A stretch of 64,000 bases of DNA from Elusimicrobiota bacterium. GTDB lineage: Bacteria; Elusimicrobiota; Elusimicrobia; Elusimicrobiales; UBA9959. The stretch is from NCBI GenBank assembly GCA_003450815.1, contig DMES01000077.1:97671-161670 (forward strand), written 5' to 3'. The notes below the pieces were generated by a model. The model had not been told where the DNA came from and searched no databases. It saw only the letters and a list, made by a program, of their open reading frames with translations. A program made the position numbers and the translations under genes. Below are positions 9,428 through 19,024 of the stretch, piece after piece (position 1 is the stretch's first letter; the number at the start of each line of letters is the position of its first letter).

Positions 9428-10711
9428 TTATTCCTCTACACCCACACCCAGCATCTGCTCCAGCGCCAGTTTGCGGCTGTGTGCCGCGCGGGCGTAGTTA
9501 AGCTGGTTCAAATCCGAATCCACAAAGTTCTGTTCCACATTCTCCAGATCAATAAAGCTTATCTTACCAGCCATATATTTTATCTGGGCTTCCTTGAAGC
9601 GCTCCTCGTTGGCCCGCAGCAGGGAAACGCTGGCCAGCGCCGTTTCGGCGGCGCTCAGGTAATCGTCGTAACCGGAGCGCAGCGAAGCGGCGAGCGCTAT
9701 CCTCTCGGCCTTAAAATTCTCCTCCGCGGCGGCCAGAGATTTTTTGGCGGCCGACAGCGTATTAAAATAATAAGTAGGCCCGCCGGAAAAAATAGGGATG
9801 TTAAGGCTAAGCCCCAGCGACCATCTCCCGTCCTGCGGGAATTCACTGGCCCCGCTCCAGCCATAGGACTGGCTGGCCCGGAGAGTGGGCATTGCGTAAT
9901 AGCGGGCGGAGCTGGTTCTTTCGTTTGCCGACTCAAGGCTCTTCCTGGCCGACACGATGCGGGGAGATCTCTCCAGCGCACGGTTCACACGCGCCTCGTC
10001 CATGGCGAAGGCGGGCACGCTTAAATCTCCGCTCGCCTTTACCGGCGTCTTTCCCTCCAGGCCTATAGCCTCAAGAAGGGCGCGCTGCGCCGTGACCAGC
10101 TGGCGCTCAGCTTTTTTAACGGAAACGCCGGAGTTTTCGGCCAGAGCCTCAGTGTATAACGCGTTGCCATTGGACTCCATGCCGCTTTCATACTTAAGCC
10201 TTATGAGCCTGGCGTTTTCCCGCCTTATGCCGAAAATTTTCTTCTGCACCTCTATTCCTTTCTGGGCAAAGAGCAAATCCGCGAAAGCGCCGGCCAGTGT
10301 CTGCCTGGCCGAAGCTGAAGCTATCATATAATCGGCCTCAGCCTTTTCCTTGGCTATACGGCTGGTTTTAACACCGGACACCGTCCTCAGGTTAAACAGG
10401 TCCTCTGAAGCCGAGACGGAGGCGCTCCAGCCGGTGGAAGGAGAAGAATTATCCCCGCCGCTCCTGGACACCGAATGCGACACGCCAACCTGCGGCATAT
10501 AGGAATTGAGCCCGGCCAGGTAATTGTATCCGGCCTGTTCCATTGAGGCGCGCGCGGCCTTAACAGAGGGGTTATGCTCTACAGCCAGACGCCTTGCCTC
10601 ATCCCAGCTAAGGTTAAGCTGCTGCGCGGCCGCGCGGCCGGATAACAGTAAAACCAAGGGCAATATTAGGAGTTTTTTGTTAGTGGTCATAGGTTTGTCA
10701 AGAAACCGCAT
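9428..10711 (-). CDS. TolC-family outer-membrane efflux protein
   Basis: 427 aa with a signal peptide and two long repeated coiled alpha/beta OEP repeats. First gene of the efflux operon. Confidence 0.8.
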   Translation of the reverse strand: MRFLDKPMTTNKKLLILPLVLLLSGRAAAQQLNLSWDEARRLAVEHNPSVKAARASMEQAGYNYLAGLNSYMPQVGVSHSVSRSGGDNSSPSTGWSASVSASEDLFNLRTVSGVKTSRIAKEKAEADYMIASASARQTLAGAFADLLFAQKGIEVQKKIFGIRRENARLIRLKYESGMESNGNALYTEALAENSGVSVKKAERQLVTAQRALLEAIGLEGKTPVKASGDLSVPAFAMDEARVNRALERSPRIVSARKSLESANERTSSARYYAMPTLRASQSYGWSGASEFPQDGRWSLGLSLNIPIFSGGPTYYFNTLSAAKKSLAAAEENFKAERIALAASLRSGYDDYLSAAETALASVSLLRANEERFKEAQIKYMAGKISFIDLENVEQNFVDSDLNQLNYARAAHSRKLALEQMLGVGVEE

Positions 10712-10749
10712 TCAACAGTATAACGCACCAATGCCCGGTTTTATTGCAT

Positions 10750-11907
10750 TTATTTTAATTTTTCCTGGCTGGAAAAGTTGCGTTCCAGGGTAAAGCCCGC
10801 CAATATTTCCCTGTCGTCAGCGGACGGCTTGCCGGCTATATGGGCGGCGATGGTTTCGCCAAGGCCCGGCCCCAGCATAAAGCCCTGGCCGCACATCCCC
10901 ACCGCCAGCACATAGCCCTTGAGAGCCCCGGGGAAATCAACTATGGGGAACCCGTCCGGAGTCATGGGGTACAGTCCGCGCCAGGTGCGGCGCACCTTGA
11001 TGTTTGCCAGGTCCGGCATAAGCGCGGTCATGCGTTTTGAAACCTCAGGGAGGAATTGAGATGTTGAACGCCTGTCACGGCCCCATATGGGCGGCTGGGG
11101 GGTAAGGCAGAACACTATCTGTCCCTCCGAATTCTGGTAGAAATAATAATTCTTGGACTTGTCGCCGGGCCGTATATCCACCACCATCGGCTCAAAAAAC
11201 CTCTCCATAGGTTCGGTTATCCCGGCTTCGTGGCAGTCAGGGTTTACAGGAACCTTTACGCCGGCCATAGCCGACACCTCCGCCGCATCCGCTCCCGCGG
11301 CGTTTACCACCCAGGACGCATTGTAACGACCCAGTGAGGTAACGACCCCTTTTACCACGCCCGCTTCCGAGCATATTTCCGTCACAGGCTCCATAAAATG
11401 GAACTCGGCCCCCAAACCCAGCGCTCTCCTGTAAAACGCGTTTATAGCCAGCAGGGGTGAGGCTGAGCCGTCGTCCGGCGCGTAGGTGCCGCCGCGCAAT
11501 TCCTTTTGGGTGATTCCAGGTATCAGGCCGCGCATTTTATCCGCATCCAGCCAGTCTATATTCAGGCCGAAACCGCGCTGCACCTTAAGCAGTTCCTTAA
11601 GCACTTCCTCGTCCTGCTCCGTGTAAACCGGGAAAGCGTAACCGCCTTTTAGCCAGCCTATATCCTCGCCGCACTTTTCCCTCCAGGTGGAAAAAATATC
11701 AAGGCTGCGCAGGCAGGCTTTTATTTTTGCGCCGTCGGAATGCGTGGCGCGCACGCCGCCTATGGCGCATTTGTTCTGGCCCTGTCCGACAGAGGGCATG
11801 GTTTCAAGAACCAGCGTTCTCAGGTTGCGCCCTGCGAGCGCCATGGCAAGCGGTACGCCGACAGATCCGGCGCCTATGACAATGACATCGTAAGTTTTAA
11901 CGGACAT
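10750..11907 (-). CDS. FAD-dependent oxidoreductase (DAO / sarcosine oxidase beta-like)
   Basis: YDVIVIGAGSVGVPLAMALAG is a dinucleotide-binding fold, and the overall layout is DAO-family. Confidence 0.8.
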   Translation of the reverse strand: MSVKTYDVIVIGAGSVGVPLAMALAGRNLRTLVLETMPSVGQGQNKCAIGGVRATHSDGAKIKACLRSLDIFSTWREKCGEDIGWLKGGYAFPVYTEQDEEVLKELLKVQRGFGLNIDWLDADKMRGLIPGITQKELRGGTYAPDDGSASPLLAINAFYRRALGLGAEFHFMEPVTEICSEAGVVKGVVTSLGRYNASWVVNAAGADAAEVSAMAGVKVPVNPDCHEAGITEPMERFFEPMVVDIRPGDKSKNYYFYQNSEGQIVFCLTPQPPIWGRDRRSTSQFLPEVSKRMTALMPDLANIKVRRTWRGLYPMTPDGFPIVDFPGALKGYVLAVGMCGQGFMLGPGLGETIAAHIAGKPSADDREILAGFTLERNFSSQEKLK

Positions 11908-11927
11908 ATGATCTCCAGTAACTGCAG

Positions 11928-12012
11928 GGAATAGGGGATAGCGAATAGGGGCTAGGGGTTAAGGAGTTTCTTGTTTCTTCACCCTATACGCTCTTCGCTA
12001 TCCCCTATACCC
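11928..12012. repeat. Word-palindrome hairpin (GGGxTAG / CGAATAG words)
   Basis: ataggggatagcgaa in the 5' arm pairs perfectly (15 nt) with ttcgctatcccctat in the 3' arm. The core is aaggagtttcttgtttct at 11961-11978. Confidence 0.75.
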
Positions 12013-12017
12013 TGCTG

Positions 12018-14201
12018 TTAAAACCCGCTCCAGGAGGCCTTTTCCTCTTCTTCCGTGCGGCATGTGATGTTTGAAAAAGCTCCAAGCGGCACTTCCATAA
12101 ACAGCGGCCTCTGGCTTAAAGCCGTGACTTCCTTAAGGTCCACGCCCTCACTTTTATAAATGCCGGCAATAAGCGAGGCGCAGGTTTTCGCCCCGCAGGC
12201 TCCCATACCGGCGCGGGTAACGGCTTTAAGCTGGTTCAAATCCCTTACACCCGCGCGTATCGCCTTCCGTATCTCGCCGAGCGAAATCCGTTCACATCGG
12301 CAGATAATGGCCGAATCCGGCATAGCAGAAAAACCGCCGCCGGTCTTTTCCGGTTTCTGCGGCTCGTAAAGCTTCAGGCCCGCGGCTCTGTCAGCAACAG
12401 CTGAGGTCGTTTTCGCTATCACTATCAGCGTGTTCTCTGCCTTAAAATCTTTCACATCCGTCACCTGTGCCTTCTCAAGCCCTGCTCCTTCGTAGTCTGT
12501 AAGGGTTACTGTATCGCCTTTTTTCACAAGGCCCCGGCCTATTTCAAAAGGAAGCGCTACCGTCGGGTGTTTCGGGTCCTTGCGCTTGTCAACAATGGTA
12601 ACGGCAAGCCCCGGGCAGATAAGCAGGCATTTGTAGCATCCAATGCAGTCCCCCTCAAATTTTGGGACGGCCATCATGTTGCTTTTAGGTATTTTTATGG
12701 ATTTTTTAGGGCAGACCGTGGCGCACGGGTCGCAGGGAATTTCCTGGCGGCAGTGAAGCACGGGATACACCGCTTTATCATGCTCTCTTACGGCGCTTTC
12801 ATGTGTTTTGCCCGGCCGCGATTTCAGGGTTTGCAGGCGTTCAAACCAGAAGTCAGGCACCGGCCCCGTCATCACACCCAGGCTCTTAAGCACCTTGTGA
12901 GCGGTTATCCTGCCGCTGAACATCGCGGCCGACGCCTCGGCTATTTCTTCGGCGTCACCGCACACGAAAGCGTTCATGCCGAAAGCTACGGCCTGGCCGT
13001 GGAATTCGCTCACGGAATTTAAGCCCACCGCCACCAACAGCGTGTCCGCCGCGAATGTTTTTTCCGTGCCTTCAAGAGGCTTGAAATTTTTATCCACCTG
13101 CGCCACCGTGACAGTTTCCAATCCGGTTGTTCCGCCGGCTCTTACCACGGTGTGGCTGGTATAAACAGGCACGCCCAGCCGCTTGATTTTATCCAGATGT
13201 ACCTTATAGCCGCCGCAATGGTCCATGGCTTCTATAAGGCCGGCCACCTTTATACCGGCCTGGAGGGCGTGATACGCGGCTATAAGCCCCACATTCCCGC
13301 CGCCGACTATGAACAGATTTTTTGAGGGCCGCACCAAATCACGGTTCACCAAAGTCTGGAATGCCCCGGCGCCGTAAACGCCCGGCAGGGTATTGCCCTC
13401 AAAAGCGAGTGTTTTCTCCCTTGCGCCAGTTGCGCTTATAAAAGCCTTGGGTTTTACAAGATAATAGCCGCCGTTATAAACCACACCAACGCGCCTGTCT
13501 GAAAAAACGGCGACGCAGGCAGCGTTCACCCACACCTTTACAGATGGGTACGCCTTAAGCTGGTCCTCAAGCTTATCGGCGATATCTATGCCTCTCGTGC
13601 CCGCGAAACAATCCTCTACCGACCCGAAAAATTTATGCGTCTGCAGCACAAGCTTGCCGCCAAGCTTATGCTTGTCGTCTATTATAAGCGTGCTGACATC
13701 AAGTTTCCCAAGCTCTGCGGCGGCGGCAAGTCCCGCTGGGCCACCTCCCACAATAAGCGCATCCACTTCAATTTCTTCCACCCTTCCCAACTCCTGCGCG
13801 CAGGTCTCGCCCTTTTGGCCTGGAAAGCGCGGTGCGCCATTTTTCTCCGCACCTCCCGCGCCGGCGTCCTGCTCCGACATGGCGGGCCCTGTCGCGCTCG
13901 GCATTTTGGGCAGGCCGTTAAGGCGGGCCACGGTCATTCCTTCTCTGACCTTTGTCACGCAAGCCTTTACCGGCAGACCGTCGGCTACCACCGCGCATTG
14001 GGCGCACTGGCCGTTGGCGCAGAAAATGCCCTGCGGGCTGCCGTCTTTTTTATGATAGCTGAAAATCTTGATCCCTGAGGCGAACAAAGCGGAGGAGATG
14101 ACCTCATCCCCAAGGGCCTCCAGGGACTTCCCTTCAAAAGTAAAACGGAGTTTCTTTTTTTCTTCCGGCTCAAGCACAGGATGGTCTGTTATTCTTTCCA
14201 T
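12018..14201 (-). CDS. Multidomain iron-sulfur flavoprotein: 2Fe-2S domain, FAD/NAD(P) oxidoreductase, 4Fe-4S dicluster and BFD-like domain
   Basis: CANGQCAQCAV (SoxA/HcnA-like 2Fe-2S), VGGGPAGLAAA and VGGGNVGL Rossmann motifs, CIGCYKCLLICP ferredoxin, and a CRCERISLGEI BFD-like domain. The start was moved to MERITDHP (14201) because the 59-aa extension overlaps the divergent gene. Confidence 0.75.
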   Translation of the reverse strand: MERITDHPVLEPEEKKKLRFTFEGKSLEALGDEVISSALFASGIKIFSYHKKDGSPQGIFCANGQCAQCAVVADGLPVKACVTKVREGMTVARLNGLPKMPSATGPAMSEQDAGAGGAEKNGAPRFPGQKGETCAQELGRVEEIEVDALIVGGGPAGLAAAAELGKLDVSTLIIDDKHKLGGKLVLQTHKFFGSVEDCFAGTRGIDIADKLEDQLKAYPSVKVWVNAACVAVFSDRRVGVVYNGGYYLVKPKAFISATGAREKTLAFEGNTLPGVYGAGAFQTLVNRDLVRPSKNLFIVGGGNVGLIAAYHALQAGIKVAGLIEAMDHCGGYKVHLDKIKRLGVPVYTSHTVVRAGGTTGLETVTVAQVDKNFKPLEGTEKTFAADTLLVAVGLNSVSEFHGQAVAFGMNAFVCGDAEEIAEASAAMFSGRITAHKVLKSLGVMTGPVPDFWFERLQTLKSRPGKTHESAVREHDKAVYPVLHCRQEIPCDPCATVCPKKSIKIPKSNMMAVPKFEGDCIGCYKCLLICPGLAVTIVDKRKDPKHPTVALPFEIGRGLVKKGDTVTLTDYEGAGLEKAQVTDVKDFKAENTLIVIAKTTSAVADRAAGLKLYEPQKPEKTGGGFSAMPDSAIICRCERISLGEIRKAIRAGVRDLNQLKAVTRAGMGACGAKTCASLIAGIYKSEGVDLKEVTALSQRPLFMEVPLGAFSNITCRTEEEEKASWSGF

Positions 14202-14264
14202 AAAATCGCCTCTTGTAACGGCAAAATCTCGTTTTATTTCAATATAGTATAATAAAAAACCGAT

Positions 14265-16919
14265 ATGGCGACCAATAAACTGCGGGACATGTTTAAACGC
14301 GTTGTCGCGAACCGGGCGTTCATTTTTTTGCCGGCCGCGGCGGCTATTGCGCTGGCGCTTTGGCAGTTGAGCCGCCAAACATTCTACTCAATTCAAAACC
14401 TTTCCGCTTACGCGGATCGCGGAGAGCTTATACTGCATGGCGTAAGCGACAAGGCTTTAAGTTACAGTATGCCTTTTTTCAGCCTGCTGAACGCCTTAGC
14501 CCTTTATCACTGGCAGGGCACCTTAACACCCGTTATCTTTTTTGCGGGTTTTCTGGTCTATCTGCTTTGTTATTCCATAGGCGCCGCAAACGGCGGGCCG
14601 CTGCGTGGTTTAATTTTCGCTTTTTCCGCCATATTTCTGGGTTTTACGATTAAACTCCCGGAAAGCGAACAGCTTCTCTACACGCTGGCCCTGCTTTTAT
14701 ACACAAATGCCGCCGTTCTTAAACTACAAAAGAACACGGCCCCGATCGCAATAGCGGCCGGGTTGGCGCTTGGCGTATCCCTGCTCATCCGCTCGCCAAT
14801 GCTTCTTTTCCCGCTGCCTGCTATTTTATATGAACGCTTCTGGGGGAAGCATCTGCGTTTGCGGCGCTACGCCCTTAACACCTCACTTTTTTTACTCTCT
14901 TCCTACATACTGCTGATCCCCTGGATCCGTGTCAATTACTCTCTTTTCGACCGTTTTATTCCCTTTGAAGAGGCGCGCGGCGACTGCAACCTGATAACGG
15001 GGGCCAAGGGAACCGTGTTTACAATGGAAGGCGACTGCAGGGCCTTCGGCGGCCTTTCAAGGACAGAGCCGGTTTACTCCTGGGCCTTAAAAACAGTGGC
15101 GGCCTCGCCTTTTAACTATATGGAAGCCGTAGCTAAAAGAATGTGGCAGGTAGCTCTGATGTTCCCCCTGCTTTTGGCGGCCGCCATTATCGCTCTTTTT
15201 TTATCGCGCCGGAGAGAGACGCGCTTTCTCGCTGTGTTGGCAGGCTATTTTGTAGTTATCCATTGTCTATTGTCCATTGAGGAGAGATACTTCTATCCTC
15301 TGCGCTACCTTCTGACGCTTATTACGGCCGCCGGAATATTTGACTTTCTGAAAACCTTATGGTCGGGAGCGGAAAGAAAAAACGGCGGGATATTTATCTT
15401 CAGCGGCGTTTTCGCCATTTTGATTCTTTTTTCGTTCTGGACCGTTTATAAAACCCTTTTATGGCCGGCCCGGGCCGCGGAACCTGTCATCGCTGTCACA
15501 CGCGGGCTTACAAATAACCCCTCCGACGCCTGGCTGTTCAAAAAGAAAGGGGAAATTCTACTGTCATTCAACAGCACTGAAATAGGCATTGCCGCCCTTA
15601 CGCGCTACGCCGGACTTTCTAAGAATCCCTGCCTGGAAACAATTTACATACTTGATACCCTGGCCTCAAAAAAGCCGCCGGCACCCGACGGGTTTGAAAA
15701 CATCTACGACCTCACCATCGTAAAAACCCTGCGCGAACTTGAGCTGAACGACATGAAAGCCGCGGCGGCCTCTTTTGCCCTTGCGCAGGGGATGTGGGAA
15801 AAAGAAAAAAACTCCCTTAAGGGGCTGTCTTACGAAAAAGACCGACGGCTGGCCGCCAGCATACGCCCCTCCAATAACAGCTTTTGGGATTATGACCTTT
15901 ATGCCGCCTTTTACTATTTCCCGCTTAAGCGGCGCGAGGCAATATTGACCCGGATGTCCTCTCTTACGACTCTTACGCCTAAACTTAAATATTTAATGCT
16001 GGAATCCGCGCTGGAAAACGGCAAAAAAGCCTCGGTTACAGACGCGCTTAACCGGCTTTCATCCAAACTGGAAAAAGAACTGCCGCCCTCGGAATTTAAC
16101 TATGGCCGCCAAGCCGGCGCTCTGCTGGAGGCTTTGCTTAAACCTGCTGGCGGATGCTCCACAAAAAACCTGTCTGAACTTTCCGGTTTAGCGGCTAAAG
16201 CGGTTGAAATATCTATAACAAAGAACGGCGTTCAAGATACTATCAACCGTTTCAGTCCCGGGTCCGGAGAAACTGGCTGGCAAAAAATTTCTCTCTTGTA
16301 TTCGGCTTATGAAGCCAAAAATGCGAAGCAGAGCTTTGCCGCCCAGGCCGAAGCTCTTGCCGCCGCAGAGCCGGACAATCTTGTTTTATTCTATTTATCG
16401 GCCTGCCGCGTCGCCGCGCAGACCGGGGGGCGGCCGCTGCCGGACCTGGGCAAAAGAATTTATCCGCTGGCGACGGCCGCTTCAGTTTTGCTTGCAAACA
16501 GCCAAAAAGCCGCGGCTCTCAAGCTCTTGCGGACAGCGGCTAACTCCGGCACGTTTGATGCTGACGGCCTGGAAGCCGCGGCCATAACCGCGCAGGAGGC
16601 GGAGGATTATCCGCTCGCTCTTGAGCTGATCAATAAAGGCCTGGCAGGGAAGCCTGTTTCGCCGGCGCTTTATAATGACCGCGGAGTTATCCTGCGTTTT
16701 AGCGGAAAAAACCTTGAAGCGATAGCTGATTTTAAAAAAGCCGTGGCTCTTGACGGACGATGCTTTTCAGCCGCGTTAAACCTGGCCTCAAGCCTTGAAC
16801 TTGCGCACGACAAACAGGCGGCGCTGAAAATCTATTCCGGTCTCGCCCTCGACGGCTCAATGCCGCGGGATGTACGGCAGACCGCGGCGCAAGCCGCCGC
16901 ACGCCTTGAAAAACGCTAA
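14265..16919 (+). CDS. Polytopic membrane protein with a C-terminal TPR-repeat domain (possible ArnT/PMT-like glycosyltransferase)
   Basis: The N-terminal ~400 aa hold about 10 hydrophobic helices. The C-terminal half is helical and Ala/Leu-rich, ending in recognisable TPRs (YNDRGVILRFSGKNLEAIADFKKAVALD). The enzymatic assignment is inference only. Confidence 0.55.
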   Translation: MATNKLRDMFKRVVANRAFIFLPAAAAIALALWQLSRQTFYSIQNLSAYADRGELILHGVSDKALSYSMPFFSLLNALALYHWQGTLTPVIFFAGFLVYLLCYSIGAANGGPLRGLIFAFSAIFLGFTIKLPESEQLLYTLALLLYTNAAVLKLQKNTAPIAIAAGLALGVSLLIRSPMLLFPLPAILYERFWGKHLRLRRYALNTSLFLLSSYILLIPWIRVNYSLFDRFIPFEEARGDCNLITGAKGTVFTMEGDCRAFGGLSRTEPVYSWALKTVAASPFNYMEAVAKRMWQVALMFPLLLAAAIIALFLSRRRETRFLAVLAGYFVVIHCLLSIEERYFYPLRYLLTLITAAGIFDFLKTLWSGAERKNGGIFIFSGVFAILILFSFWTVYKTLLWPARAAEPVIAVTRGLTNNPSDAWLFKKKGEILLSFNSTEIGIAALTRYAGLSKNPCLETIYILDTLASKKPPAPDGFENIYDLTIVKTLRELELNDMKAAAASFALAQGMWEKEKNSLKGLSYEKDRRLAASIRPSNNSFWDYDLYAAFYYFPLKRREAILTRMSSLTTLTPKLKYLMLESALENGKKASVTDALNRLSSKLEKELPPSEFNYGRQAGALLEALLKPAGGCSTKNLSELSGLAAKAVEISITKNGVQDTINRFSPGSGETGWQKISLLYSAYEAKNAKQSFAAQAEALAAAEPDNLVLFYLSACRVAAQTGGRPLPDLGKRIYPLATAASVLLANSQKAAALKLLRTAANSGTFDADGLEAAAITAQEAEDYPLALELINKGLAGKPVSPALYNDRGVILRFSGKNLEAIADFKKAVALDGRCFSAALNLASSLELAHDKQAALKIYSGLALDGSMPRDVRQTAAQAAARLEKR

Positions 16920-16981
16920 GATCCAAAGCCTGTGGTGAAATTTAGTACAATATAAGGAAGTCTAATACTAGGAGCGCTAAA

Positions 16982-17524
16982 ATGAAAAAAATATTTTTAA
17001 GTTCTGCTGTAGCGGTTCTTTCGTGCGGCTTTCTTGCCGCTGAAACCATTAACTTCAGCGACGCGGATTTTTCAAAAAGCCTTAATACGGTGGCCGTGAC
17101 TGCGGCACAGAATGTTAAAGCCGATATCTCTCCGGCGATAAAACCGGCCGTGGCTAGAACCGGCCAGTATGTGCAGGTTTCCGGCTATGTCAACCTCAAC
17201 GGCAACGGCTGGATGCCGTCCAACGGCGGCTATACCAGCGTCAATCTCACCGGTTGGGGCTCATTCCAGGATTCCACCGGCAAAGTCACCTCCAACCAGG
17301 CATACATCACGGAGTCGGCCTCAATGTGGCTATACCCCAATCAGTATGCCTACCAAACCGTGTATCCCAATGTCTATGTCCAGTTTTATAAGGACGGAAA
17401 ACCCGTGGGCTCCACTTATCTGCGCGGCAGCATCAGCGTAAGCGGCTGGCCGAGCAGCAGCTTTGTTTCTCTCAGCGGCAGCGGCTACCTGAGCGGCTCT
17501 ATTTATGTGGAGGACGCTCAGTAG
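16982..17524 (+). CDS. Secreted hypothetical protein
   Basis: Signal peptide MKKIFLSSAVAVLSCGFLAA with an upstream aggag RBS. The composition is beta-rich (Y/S/G/N). Confidence 0.5.
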   Translation: MKKIFLSSAVAVLSCGFLAAETINFSDADFSKSLNTVAVTAAQNVKADISPAIKPAVARTGQYVQVSGYVNLNGNGWMPSNGGYTSVNLTGWGSFQDSTGKVTSNQAYITESASMWLYPNQYAYQTVYPNVYVQFYKDGKPVGSTYLRGSISVSGWPSSSFVSLSGSGYLSGSIYVEDAQ

Positions 17525-17565
17525 CTTTTCGCCGAGGCGAAAGCTGTTTTAAGTCACGAAAAAAA

Positions 17566-17600
17566 GGGCGGCGGCTTTGAACGCCAGCCCTTTTTGTTTT
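17566..17600 (+). terminator. Rho-independent terminator candidate
   Basis: A stem gggcggcg / cgccAgccc (one bulge) is followed by tttttgtttt and preceded by an A-run. Confidence 0.55.
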
Positions 17601-17611
17601 AAGATATATCC

Positions 17612-18520
17612 ATGCGCATACTTGAGGGAAAAAGCCTTTCGGCCGAAATACTGGGCTCGCTGATACCGCGTGTAAAAGCGGTGAAAGCCGGGCTTGGACG
17701 CCCGCCGTCGCTTGCCATAATAAATTATTTTGGGGATTCTCCCTCCGCGGTTTATGTAAAACGCAAGATCGCCGCCTGTGAAGCGCTCGGCATAGAGGTA
17801 AAACTTTTCAACCCCGCGGCCGCCGACGGCTACACCGCCTTTAAAAACCTGCTGTCCCGCCTGGGCGCGGATGCCGCCTGCGACGCCATCATGCTTGAGC
17901 GCCCGCTGCCGGACGGCTTTGAGACCCTTGAAACCTGGGACGCTCTCCCCGCCGCCAAGGATGTGGACGGTTTGTCCTCACTCAATATGGGCAGGCTCTT
18001 TATCTCTACAAAATTCCCGGAAATAGCCGCCGGCGGCTTTTTCGCGCCTTGCACGGCATTGGCGGTAATACGCCTGATGAAGTTTCATGGCATAGATCCC
18101 GCCGGGAAAATTATAGCCGTGGCCGGCCGTTCGGCGATAGTCGGAAAGCCGCTCGCGCAGATGCTGACCATGCTTAACGCCACCGTTACGCTTTGCCACA
18201 CAAAAACGCCGGACCTGCCGGGGATTTTCAAACGAAGCGATGTCGTGATAAGCGCGGCGGGCAAGCCCCGCTGGATAAAAAAAGAAATGCTTCAAGCGAG
18301 CGCGGCTGTAATAGATGTGGGCACAAATTTCGACGAGACCGGAAAAATGTGCGGCGACGCGGATTTTGAGGATATAAAAGGCTCCATTTACGCCGCCACG
18401 CCCGTCCCGGGCGGGGTGGGCCCTGTAACGCTGGCCTGCCTGCTTGAGGCCTCGGTCGCGGCCGCGGAAACACGGGCCCGTTCTACATCGGGCGGATTGT
18501 CCTCAGCAGAGAAAAAATAA
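17612..18520 (+). CDS. folD: Bifunctional methylenetetrahydrofolate dehydrogenase/cyclohydrolase
   Basis: ILEGKSLSAEI..., VGDSPSAVYVKRK-like, GRSAIVGKPLAQML and PVPGGVGPVT motifs. Confidence 0.9.
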   Translation: MRILEGKSLSAEILGSLIPRVKAVKAGLGRPPSLAIINYFGDSPSAVYVKRKIAACEALGIEVKLFNPAAADGYTAFKNLLSRLGADAACDAIMLERPLPDGFETLETWDALPAAKDVDGLSSLNMGRLFISTKFPEIAAGGFFAPCTALAVIRLMKFHGIDPAGKIIAVAGRSAIVGKPLAQMLTMLNATVTLCHTKTPDLPGIFKRSDVVISAAGKPRWIKKEMLQASAAVIDVGTNFDETGKMCGDADFEDIKGSIYAATPVPGGVGPVTLACLLEASVAAAETRARSTSGGLSSAEKK

Positions 18521-18553
18521 AAAGTTTGACGTTTGGGGAGGAATAATACGGAC

Positions 18554-19024
18554 ATGAAAACAACAATCTTACTATTATCCGCATTTTTTATCACGGGCGC
18601 GTTGTTATTGCCTGCCGACGCCCAGGAAAAAACCAGCTACGCGCCGCAGGACGGCTCGCTTCAGACCGACACAGCGGACCAACCGGCTGCGTCTCTGAAG
18701 AAAGTCACAACCAAAAAAAAACCGGCAAAAAAGAAAAAAATAAAAAAAGCGGCTGCCCCCGCGCCGGTATCCGAGTATAAATTCAAAGCCGTGGGCACCC
18801 CGCCAACATATAAATTCGATAAACAGGGCGACCCCATAATAAAAACCAAACCGAAAGCTTCCCCCAAAAAAAAGAAAAAGGGGAGAAAGTCCGCGGCCAC
18901 AAACACTGAACAGACCACCCTGAAGCTACAAAAAACCCCCGGATTCGGAGAAGAGACGCCCGCCAATGCCGCCACGGATTCCCAAGGCAGCGCTCCCGCA
19001 AATAATCCGGAGGAAAGCCAGTAA
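18554..19024 (+). CDS. Secreted lysine-rich low-complexity protein
   Basis: GGAGG RBS before the ATG at 18554. Signal peptide MKTTILLLSAFFITGALLLPADA, followed by KKKPAKKKKIKK and PKKKKKGRK tracts. Confidence 0.5.
   Translation: MKTTILLLSAFFITGALLLPADAQEKTSYAPQDGSLQTDTADQPAASLKKVTTKKKPAKKKKIKKAAAPAPVSEYKFKAVGTPPTYKFDKQGDPIIKTKPKASPKKKKKGRKSAATNTEQTTLKLQKTPGFGEETPANAATDSQGSAPANNPEESQ

Noticed and set aside
14202-14378. 59-codon N-terminal extension of the iron-sulfur flavoprotein ORF (ORF-track start at 14378)
   Set aside because: The extension overlaps the start of the divergent 14265 gene and is Arg-rich junk. MERITDHP at 14201 begins the conserved 2Fe-2S domain.
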